Of a DNA stretch of 32,000 nt, positions 9,573 through 16,425 are shown in pieces. The DNA lies in contig NZ_SODD01000001.1 of assembly GCF_004365815.1 (NCBI RefSeq), positions 30,001 to 62,000 on the forward strand. The letters run 5' to 3'. The position numbers were made by a program, and so were the translations under genes. Within the stretch, counting starts at the first letter, position 1; every line of letters starts with the position of its first letter. The DNA comes from Breznakia blatticola (GTDB lineage Bacteria > Bacillota_I > Bacilli_A > Erysipelotrichales > Erysipelotrichaceae). Below the pieces are notes generated by a model. It was not told the origin of the DNA and did not search any database. It was given only the letters and a program-made list of their open reading frames with translations.

Positions 9573-9602
9573 CGTATTTCATATTCTCTATATGAAATGA
9601 CG
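9573..9602. promoter_or_regulatory. Inverted repeat in the hydF 5' region (operator or 5'-UTR hairpin)
   Basis: ATTTCATAT-TCTCT-ATATGAAAT, perfect 9-bp arms, extendable to CGT.../...(G)ACG. Lies between a TATAAT box (9625-9620, minus strand) and the hydF RBS. Confidence 0.4.
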
Positions 9603-9640
9603 TATTTTTCACTGCTATTATTATACATCAAAACAAGTAA

Positions 9641-9663
9641 AGAAAAACGAGCAATTGCTCGCT
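9641..9663 (-). terminator. Rho-independent terminator after the sigma-fusion gene
   Basis: Minus strand GCGAGCAATTGCTCG hairpin (9648-9661) followed by UUUUU (9647-9643). Confidence 0.6.
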
Positions 9664-9670
9664 TTCTTAC

Positions 9671-10981
9671 TTATTCTACTTTATCATGCAAAGTGATTTT
9701 CAACTCATTCCCTGTATGATCAGCAACATATAAAACAGCTGTTACCCCATAATCACAGTCAAGGATGATGCTTTGATTTACAGTGTCAATTTGAATATCT
9801 TTCGGCTTTTGAATTCCATCTTCATAATAACGAAGACTACTAAAATTCACCATTGATTGCTCATCAAATAAACGAATAACATAATTCGTTCCTTGTATTG
9901 TATAGTTTTCAATGACAGGACTGTGCATATCAAAATTTTGAATCTCTATTACACGCTCATCAATTTGCTTTCCCTGATATTCCAAACTGACTACATAGCT
10001 ACCATTAGCCGCAATTTCTAAAGATTCATTTCCATTTACTAATATCTTGTCATATACATCGTTTGTTGTTTGTACTTGTAAAGTTATTGTTTTATTTGTC
10101 CAGGCAGTTGGATAAACAATATCTTGTATTTTGGCAGATTCCACTTGTACAACTTCCTTTTCAATTGGCGGTGGGGCAATCGAAGGACTTGGTGTATCTT
10201 GGTTAAATAATGTAATTCCTACAATACCAGCTACACTCACAACAGATGCAATTGCAATTTTAGTTCCTGTACCTAAAGCAAATTTAGTACCAATAGTTGC
10301 AACACTACCAGCTCCGACAGCTTTAGCAATTTGCGCAGTAGGTACGTTTACGCTTTCTGCAACACTCATATACACGGTATGTAAAAGTAATGGTGATAAG
10401 GCAAAGCCTTGAAGAGAGTTCACACTAATTCCTTGCCTTTCGAGTTTTACTTTTAGTTTGCTACGTAAGCTATTTAATCTTGAATTCACAGTTCCTACTG
10501 GTATTTGTAAGACGTATGCAATCTCGCTAACCGAGAGCTCATCATAATATCGTAGTAGACCAACCGTACGTAGTGGTGTCGTAAGTGATTGAATACTCTC
10601 GTAGACTGTATCCACTATTTCTTTATTATCGAGGATTTCTTTGGCAGTTTTTTGGTTGAGATCCTCGAAATCATCTACTGTAATATCTTCTCCTAAATCA
10701 ATCATATGCTTCTTCTTTTTATCATAGTCATAACACATGTTAATCGTAATTCGTTTAATCCATGTTCCAAATGCTTCTGGACTTTCAAGTGTATCCAGTT
10801 TCTTGTGCACACGAATAAATACATCTTGAACAATATCTTTTGCTGTATGTTCATTATGAAAATGATCCCAAGCTGTAAAGTATACATTTTTTACAAACTC
10901 GTCATACAGTATTTTAAATGCATCCTGGTCATTTTTTTTTGCTTTTTCTATTACCTTTACTAATTCTTTTTTCTCCATCAT
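9671..10981 (-). CDS. ECF-type sigma-70 family factor fused to a TM helix and a beta-rich C-terminal domain (membrane-tethered sigma)
   Basis: Region 2 DIVQDVFIRVHKKL...WIKRITINMCYDY. Region 4 HTH LSVSEIAYVLQIPVGTVNSRLNSLRSKL. Then hydrophobic KIAIASVVSVAGIVGITLF, Pro-rich TPSPSIAPPPIE, and about 170 aa of beta-rich sequence. Start set to ATG 10981, 6 nt after AAGGA. Confidence 0.8.
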   Translation of the reverse strand: MMEKKELVKVIEKAKKNDQDAFKILYDEFVKNVYFTAWDHFHNEHTAKDIVQDVFIRVHKKLDTLESPEAFGTWIKRITINMCYDYDKKKKHMIDLGEDITVDDFEDLNQKTAKEILDNKEIVDTVYESIQSLTTPLRTVGLLRYYDELSVSEIAYVLQIPVGTVNSRLNSLRSKLKVKLERQGISVNSLQGFALSPLLLHTVYMSVAESVNVPTAQIAKAVGAGSVATIGTKFALGTGTKIAIASVVSVAGIVGITLFNQDTPSPSIAPPPIEKEVVQVESAKIQDIVYPTAWTNKTITLQVQTTNDVYDKILVNGNESLEIAANGSYVVSLEYQGKQIDERVIEIQNFDMHSPVIENYTIQGTNYVIRLFDEQSMVNFSSLRYYEDGIQKPKDIQIDTVNQSIILDCDYGVTAVLYVADHTGNELKITLHDKVE

Positions 10982-11076
10982 CACACATCCTTATGTCAAA
11001 GTTTTACATCACTTTGGTAGTATCAAACAAAATAAGACACACTACTCCTTATCTTGCTTGTATAAGTTTTCATTAT

Positions 11077-12480
11077 TTATGTACGTTTTTTCTTGACACC
11101 AGCATACGCACAAACTAAACCACTAAGCGCTAGAAGTACTAATGAACTAGATACAGCTGTTGTATCAGCTGTTGCTACACTTGGTTCACTTGTAAGATCT
11201 TTTTCTGGCATCTTAACTGGCAATTCAATTACAGGTGTTGTTGGTGTTGGATCTACTGGCTTTGGATCCACTGGTTTTGGGTCAATTGGTTTTGGATCAA
11301 TTGGTTTTGGATCAATTGGCGTTGGATCTACTGGGTCGATAACTTGTTTTAGCGTAACTTTAGATACAACGAAAATATGTGTTGTTCTATATGCAGCTTC
11401 ACCAACTTCATATCCATCAGCATTCAAACTTCGAGCATTGACTTTCTTCTTACAAAATTGATAGTAGTAGTTTAAAGCTTCTAATTCATCTGCTTTTAAG
11501 ACAAATGAATCACTACCTTCTTTTTCCCAATTACTGTCTTTATGAAGCATTACACGGTCCATGTCAATACCCGGTATCGTCACCTTAAATCCACCTTCGA
11601 TTTCTTCAGCTTCTAACTCAATTGCATTTGAACGAACCAAATTTGTATACAGACCACTTGTATTACTCGTATCTCTGTAATCAATAACTTTAATTGCACC
11701 TTTAGTTTCAACATATGGGAATGCATTTCCACCCAGTTTAGCTACCGTTAAGATAGAATTTTCAGCAAGCAATTTTGGATTGCTGAAATTTGTATTGAAT
11801 AGCGTTAACGTTTCGACGACACTTAAATCAAAGTTTTCATCAGTTAATGAAACATCTTCTAGTTCGAGTTGTGTAGGTTTCACAAAATTTGTCATCGTTG
11901 TTAAATTTGGAGCATTAAAAATACTAATACTTCCAGCAAATAATTCTGGCATTACAATTGATTGAAGTACGCTTGCATTTATGATTTCTAATTTACCACC
12001 CATCTCTATTGATGATATATCAATAGATTCTAAACTCGAACAATCTTCAAAATAAACATGAGTTGGTATTCCAAGATCTGTTCTAGATACTTTCTTAAGA
12101 TTTGTAGCTCCAACAACCATTACCATTTTTGTATGTAAACCACTTGGTAATTCTAATGATTCTTGCGTATATCCAGCAATGAGAAGCGTATCTATACCTA
12201 AATGCTCGATTCCTGCAAAGTTCTTTACATCATGCGTACTTGCTGAAATAACTAGTGTTCCATCAAAGTTCTTTACATTCTCGCTTGTTAGTGTATCAGA
12301 TTCTACTTTGTCTCTTACTAAAGCACGTAAACTTTCATCAGGAAAGTTTCGTTCATCGATAGCTATTGACATAGCTTCTGGTTCTGTTACTGGCTCCATT
12401 GTTTTTGCACTTACAGTCGTTGGTTGCATAATTCCTAATGATAAGGATAATACAGCAACTGATTTTAATAATAAATTCAT
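11077..12480 (-). CDS. Secreted leucine-rich-repeat surface protein with Pro-rich PxDPK stalk and C-terminal membrane/cell-wall anchor
   Basis: Start moved to ATG 12480 (AGGAGG RBS 7 nt upstream). Signal peptide MNLLLKSVAVLSLSLGIMQPTTVSA. Irregular LRR-like segments, (P[IV]DP[KT])n, and the tail SSLVLLALSGLVCAYAGVKKKRT. Confidence 0.75.
   Translation of the reverse strand: MNLLLKSVAVLSLSLGIMQPTTVSAKTMEPVTEPEAMSIAIDERNFPDESLRALVRDKVESDTLTSENVKNFDGTLVISASTHDVKNFAGIEHLGIDTLLIAGYTQESLELPSGLHTKMVMVVGATNLKKVSRTDLGIPTHVYFEDCSSLESIDISSIEMGGKLEIINASVLQSIVMPELFAGSISIFNAPNLTTMTNFVKPTQLELEDVSLTDENFDLSVVETLTLFNTNFSNPKLLAENSILTVAKLGGNAFPYVETKGAIKVIDYRDTSNTSGLYTNLVRSNAIELEAEEIEGGFKVTIPGIDMDRVMLHKDSNWEKEGSDSFVLKADELEALNYYYQFCKKKVNARSLNADGYEVGEAAYRTTHIFVVSKVTLKQVIDPVDPTPIDPKPIDPKPIDPKPVDPKPVDPTPTTPVIELPVKMPEKDLTSEPSVATADTTAVSSSLVLLALSGLVCAYAGVKKKRT
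11248..11337. repeat. Six tandem 15-bp repeats (coding, PxDPK pentapeptide stalk)
   Basis: Plus-strand units TGGATCTACTGGCTT, TGGATCCACTGGTTT, TGGGTCAATTGGTTT, TGGATCAATTGGTTT, TGGATCAATTGGCGT, TGGATCTACTGGGTC. Confidence 0.9.
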
Positions 12481-12652
12481 CTTTTTTCCTCCTTGTAATA
12501 AACTACATACACACATGTTTTACATTGTTTTTCTTTTTAAAATTTGACAACAATGATCAACAAACGAAGTATTCTAGTGTGTTATAAAGAACACCTCTCA
12601 ATCCTTAGACGATTCACTTTGTATCAAACTTCGATTTTTTTAAAAAATAATA

Positions 12653-12683
12653 AGAAAAAAACAACCACCGTAAAAGTAGTTGT
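12653..12683 (-). terminator. Rho-independent terminator ending the hydE-hydG transcription unit
   Basis: Minus strand ACAACTAC-UUUUACG-GUGGUUGU (one G-U pair) followed by U7. Lies about 230 nt after the hydG stop. Confidence 0.65.
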
Positions 12684-12910
12684 CTTGTTTAAGATACAAT
12701 CATTTAAATTCATTTAAAATTATTCACTACAAAAATAGAAAACAATTTAAACCCACATAAATTCCCTGATTCTCTACTACACACTTTCACAGCACATGAC
12801 ATACATTCATTGTTATGCATGTGTAATTTTAAATGAGATTATAGGTTTGGTAAAGCGATTTGAAACTTATCTTTTGATTATATGTCATAATTAGATATCT
12901 ATATTGCTTA

Positions 12911-14323
12911 CTAGAATCTGAAATCACGTTTTCCAGCATGAAGTTTATCAAGATAGTCTTGTGCTTTTTCTTTTACTTTTTCATTTGGAATTCTTTGCAT
13001 TTCTTGTGCAATGACATGTTCCCCTAATGCTTTTGTTTCTTCACTGGCATAATCTTCTAAGTATTCTTTTAGTGTCATCAATGCATTTGGCTGACAAATA
13101 TTGGCGATTTGCCCATTTTTAACAAGTGACATAAAACGATCACCAGTTCTACCTTCACGATAACACGCTGTACAGAAACTAGGTACATGACCTAGTGATA
13201 ACAACCAGTGTACAACTTCATCAAGTGTACGCGTATCTTCTACATCAAATTGAGCACTGTTTTCTTCTTCTTTTTCTGCGTATCCACCAACACTTGTTGA
13301 TGAAGCTCCTGAGATTTGTGATACACCTAGTTCAAGAACACGTTCTCTTGATTTTTGCGTTTCTCTTGTAGAAATAATCATACCTGCGTATGGAGCACTA
13401 ATACGAGTTACTGCAGTAATTTTGGCAAAGATATCATCATTAATCGCATCTTTGAAATCTTCTGGGTTAATATCATCTGCTGCACGAATTCGAGGTAATG
13501 AAATTGTATGTGGTCCACAACCCATTGCTGCTTCTAAGTGTTCAGCATGCATCAATAACCCAACAAAGTCATACTTGTAGGTGTTTAATCCAAATAATAC
13601 ACCGATACCTACATCATCTAGTCCTGCTTCCATTGCACGGTCCATCGCCTCTGTATGGTATGCATAGTTGTGTTTTGGTCCTTTTGGATGTAGCTTTTCA
13701 TAGTTTTCTTTATTATAGGTTTCTTGGAAAAGAATATATGTACCAATTCCTGCATCTTTCAAACGTTTATAGTTTTCCACTGTTGTTGCTGCTATGTTTA
13801 CATTCACACGACGAATGGCACCATTTTTATGGTGAATGGAATAAATGGTTTTTATACTTTCCAATACATATTCAATTGGTGAATTGATTGGATCTTCACC
13901 AGTTTCTAATGCTAAACGTTTATGTCCCATATCTTGTAAAGCAATCACTTCTTTTTTGATTTCTTCTTGCGTTAATTTCTTACGCGCAATCGTTTTATTT
14001 TCATAATGATATGGACAATATACACATCCATTTACACAGTAATTTGATAAGTATAAAGGGGCAAACATAACAATGCGATTTCCATAAAACTTTTGTTTGA
14101 TCTCTTTAGCAAGTTCTTCAATACGTGCATTTTCTTCTGGTAAATCACATTCTAATAATACAGCAGCTTCACGGTGATCCAATCCTTTGTATGTTGCTGC
14201 TTTCTTTAATATTTCATCGATTAGTTCTTTATTACTTTTATTCTTTTGGGCGTAAGTTAGTGTTTCAAGTATTTCATCATGACTAATAAACTCCTCAGCT
14301 TTTTTTGACATTTTATTGTACAT
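12911..14323 (-). CDS. hydG: [FeFe]-hydrogenase H-cluster radical SAM maturase HydG
   Basis: Radical SAM CVNGCVYC (CX3CX2C). C-terminal HydG signature CTAC-X22-C. 470 aa. Confidence 0.93.
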   Translation of the reverse strand: MYNKMSKKAEEFISHDEILETLTYAQKNKSNKELIDEILKKAATYKGLDHREAAVLLECDLPEENARIEELAKEIKQKFYGNRIVMFAPLYLSNYCVNGCVYCPYHYENKTIARKKLTQEEIKKEVIALQDMGHKRLALETGEDPINSPIEYVLESIKTIYSIHHKNGAIRRVNVNIAATTVENYKRLKDAGIGTYILFQETYNKENYEKLHPKGPKHNYAYHTEAMDRAMEAGLDDVGIGVLFGLNTYKYDFVGLLMHAEHLEAAMGCGPHTISLPRIRAADDINPEDFKDAINDDIFAKITAVTRISAPYAGMIISTRETQKSRERVLELGVSQISGASSTSVGGYAEKEEENSAQFDVEDTRTLDEVVHWLLSLGHVPSFCTACYREGRTGDRFMSLVKNGQIANICQPNALMTLKEYLEDYASEETKALGEHVIAQEMQRIPNEKVKEKAQDYLDKLHAGKRDFRF

Positions 14324-15381
14324 TATTTCTTTACCTCTTTCTTATAATCTCCCCTATCATAGGAAATTGTATATCCGATTTTTTGTAATCGTGCTTCTAA
14401 TAGATGCAAACTTTCTGCCGCTTCTGCATTCATATTTGCTTTATCATTGTATAAACTATATGACTCTCGATGCTTCACTGGTGATAGATTTGGCATCACA
14501 ACATTGGCTCCTGCTAAAATTCCCTTCTCTCTACCATCATCAGAAATTGTGGCAAGTGCTGTTGTTGATGGAATTAAAGCTTGTGGATGCATCAAACGCA
14601 TAATTGCTAGTAAATTGATTGTGACTTGTTCATCACCTTTTGCTTCGTCTTTAAAGGGTGTATCCTTATGTGGTAAATACGGTCCTAGTCCAATCATTTG
14701 TGGTTGCAGTTGTTCAAGAAAATGAATGTCTTCAACAATGTGGTCGATACTTTGATATGGTGAACCTACCATAATTCCACTACCTACTTGAAATCCAATC
14801 TCTTTTAGTTCCCACAAGCATTGCACGCGATTTTGTATTTGCATGTTACTTGGATGCAATTGATTGTAGTGAGATTCACAAATCGTTTCATGTCGTAGTA
14901 AATAGCGATTGGCACCTGCATCATAATACTGTTGATACATCTCTTTGCTTTTTTCTCCTAGGCTTAATGTAATCGCACAATCTGGATAGGATTTACGAAT
15001 ACTTTTGATAATATCAACCATCATATGATCATCATAGCTTCCATCTTCTCCACCTTGCATTACAAATGTACGAAAGCCTAGTTCATATCCTTGTTTACAT
15101 GCTAATAGAATCTCTTCTTTATTTAAGTGATAGCGTTTGACATGATGATTGCTTTTTCGTATTCCACAGTAATAACAATCATTCTTACAATAGTTTGATA
15201 TCTCAATCAACCCACGAATAAAAATACCATTTCCATAAATTGACTGGCAGACATCTCGTGCTGCCTTATGTAAATATGCTTGTTCTTGCGCATCTTTTGT
15301 TTGTAGTAATAATTTATATTCCTCATCTTGTAGTGTTCGCTTTTCCTTTAAGCGATCAACAATCTCTTTAAACTTTTGCAT
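14323..15381 (-). CDS. hydE: [FeFe]-hydrogenase H-cluster radical SAM maturase HydE
   Basis: BioB-like radical SAM motif CKNDCYYC. 352 aa. 1-nt stop/start overlap with hydG. Confidence 0.9.
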   Translation of the reverse strand: MQKFKEIVDRLKEKRTLQDEEYKLLLQTKDAQEQAYLHKAARDVCQSIYGNGIFIRGLIEISNYCKNDCYYCGIRKSNHHVKRYHLNKEEILLACKQGYELGFRTFVMQGGEDGSYDDHMMVDIIKSIRKSYPDCAITLSLGEKSKEMYQQYYDAGANRYLLRHETICESHYNQLHPSNMQIQNRVQCLWELKEIGFQVGSGIMVGSPYQSIDHIVEDIHFLEQLQPQMIGLGPYLPHKDTPFKDEAKGDEQVTINLLAIMRLMHPQALIPSTTALATISDDGREKGILAGANVVMPNLSPVKHRESYSLYNDKANMNAEAAESLHLLEARLQKIGYTISYDRGDYKKEVKK

Positions 15382-15613
15382 ATAATGTTTTACTATTGAT
15401 GCCTTTAATCATTCCTAGTTTTCCAGAAAGCGCTGAGATAATGTCTTGTGGAGCATCCATAATGATCGTAACCACATTCACATTACGTTTGCGATATGGA
15501 ATTCCCATTCGTCCGACAATATATTCTCCATAAGCTGATAATAATTTATTCATTTCTTCTGTAGCGTTACTATCTTCTACAAAAATTCCAATTTGTGCAA
15601 TTCTAGTGTCCAT
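15368..15613 (-). CDS. TM1266-family putative iron-only hydrogenase system regulator (small ACT/NikR-C-like protein)
   Basis: 81 aa, MDTRIAQIGIFVED...VVTIIMDAPQDIISALSGKLGMIKGI. Size and position before hydE/hydG are typical of the family. Start moved from the track TTG (15625) to ATG 15613, 6 nt after GGAGGA. Confidence 0.75.
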   Translation of the reverse strand: MDTRIAQIGIFVEDSNATEEMNKLLSAYGEYIVGRMGIPYRKRNVNVVTIIMDAPQDIISALSGKLGMIKGINSKTLYAKV

Positions 15614-15730
15614 CTTTTCCTCCAATAAAAAAATCCTTGCCTGAGCGACAAGGATGAGACCACATGAAAAAAACTACATATGATTTCGCCTTCATCCTCG
15701 GGACGTACCCTTGTACTCAGAACGTATGCT
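15614..15730 (-). promoter_or_regulatory. Structured 5' leader of the TM1266-hydE-hydG operon (candidate transcription attenuator, unclassified)
   Basis: Contains the terminator at 15626-15657. Two upstream segments (15692-15699 and 15709-15720) are complementary to the terminator 5' arm. Confidence 0.45.
15626..15657 (-). terminator. Leader (attenuator) terminator directly upstream of the hyd operon RBS
   Basis: Minus strand AUCCUUG-9 nt loop-CAAGGAU followed by U7, ending 6 nt before the GGAGGA RBS. Confidence 0.6.
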
Positions 15731-15736
15731 ACAAGT

Positions 15737-15765
15737 AGTTTACCCAATAATGATAAAGATTGCAA
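15737..15765 (-). promoter_or_regulatory. Putative sigma-A promoter of the hyd operon (TTGCAA-17-TAAACT)
   Basis: Minus strand: -35 TTGCAA (15765-15760), 17-nt spacer, -10 TAAACT (15742-15737). Confidence 0.45.
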
Positions 15766-16033
15766 GCACTTACACATGGCTAACTTAGATAAATACTCCC
15801 AAATGAATAATGTCTTTAAAAATGCATCTTCTCAAAGTTTTATATAACATGATAGTTAAATGTTCTCGTTCATGTGATATAGTTTGTTTGTTAATTACAC
15901 ATGAATCACAGATTGAGATTCGCAAATCAAAAGGAACATTACAATGCTTAGAAAGAAAACATTAGAAATTACAAAAATATACAAGTAATTTCAATAATAA
16001 ATATATTGTTTATGAAGAAAGGAAGGTGTAAAA

Positions 16034-16333
16034 ATGGATAATTGGTTATACGTCATGATGATTGAGCGATCTAAAAACTACAATAGAATGACAAAAGCAG
16101 TTGTTGAGCGTCATGTTGCAAACTTAAAACGTTTGGATGATAATGGCTATCTAGAACTCGGAGGTGTATTCAAAGGATATCCAGGTATTGCTGGAATGTA
16201 TATTTTAAAAACCAAAAGTTATGAAGACGCAAAAAAACTTTGTGAATTAGAACCACTGGTTGCAGAAGGATATGCAACATATAAATTAGTTTCATTTCAA
16301 GCAGCAAATAAAGAAAACAACTATTTACTCTAA
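16034..16333 (+). CDS. YciI family protein
   Basis: 99 aa with YciI-like pattern (RHVANLKRLDDNGYLELGGVF...). RBS GGAAGGTG upstream. Confidence 0.8.
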   Translation: MDNWLYVMMIERSKNYNRMTKAVVERHVANLKRLDDNGYLELGGVFKGYPGIAGMYILKTKSYEDAKKLCELEPLVAEGYATYKLVSFQAANKENNYLL

Positions 16334-16381
16334 AATGAAATAAGAGAGATTGTGCATTACAGTAGTATACGTATATAGAAG

Positions 16382-16390
16382 TGTTATAAT
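16382..16390 (+). promoter_or_regulatory. Extended -10 promoter element TGtTATAAT
   Basis: TG at 16382-16383 and TATAAT at 16385-16390, about 35 nt upstream of ATG 16426. Confidence 0.45.
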
Positions 16391-16425
16391 TAACATAATG
16401 AAATATAAAAGAAAGGGGTCTCTAT

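Noticed and set aside
11248-11337. Tandem 15-bp repeats considered as a CRISPR-like or non-coding array.
   Set aside because: The units are contiguous with no spacers, are in frame, and sit inside a long ORF where they encode a Pro-rich stalk. This is not a CRISPR array.
11093-12547. Two 122-aa plus-strand ORFs (11093-11461 and 12179-12547).
   Set aside because: Both are antisense to the LRR surface-protein gene. The Gly/Ser-rich GFGSIGFGS repeat is only the reverse reading of the PxDPK coding repeat.
9549-12910. Interpretation of the LRR/sigma cassette as a mobile element.
   Set aside because: No transposase, integrase or recombinase gene was seen, and I found no terminal inverted repeats or flanking direct repeats. 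Composition looks like the surrounding DNA. Insertion is inferred only from the split hyd cluster.
13498-13887. 129-aa plus-strand ORF inside hydG.
   Set aside because: It is antisense to a gene with unambiguous HydG motifs. It is His/Leu-rich with no RBS or promoter.
15614-15730. Assignment of the hyd leader to a known riboswitch or T-box class.
   Set aside because: By eye I found no SAM-I, TPP (CUGAGA...ACCUGAU), T-box (GGUGGUACCGCG), purine, glycine or ykkC core sequences. I cannot run a covariance model, so it is left unclassified rather than named.
15577-15777. 66-aa minus-strand ORF spanning the hyd leader.
   Set aside because: It has no RBS and runs through the leader terminator. It is out of frame with, and overlaps, the TM1266-like gene, which has a good RBS. 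The region is better explained as structured RNA.
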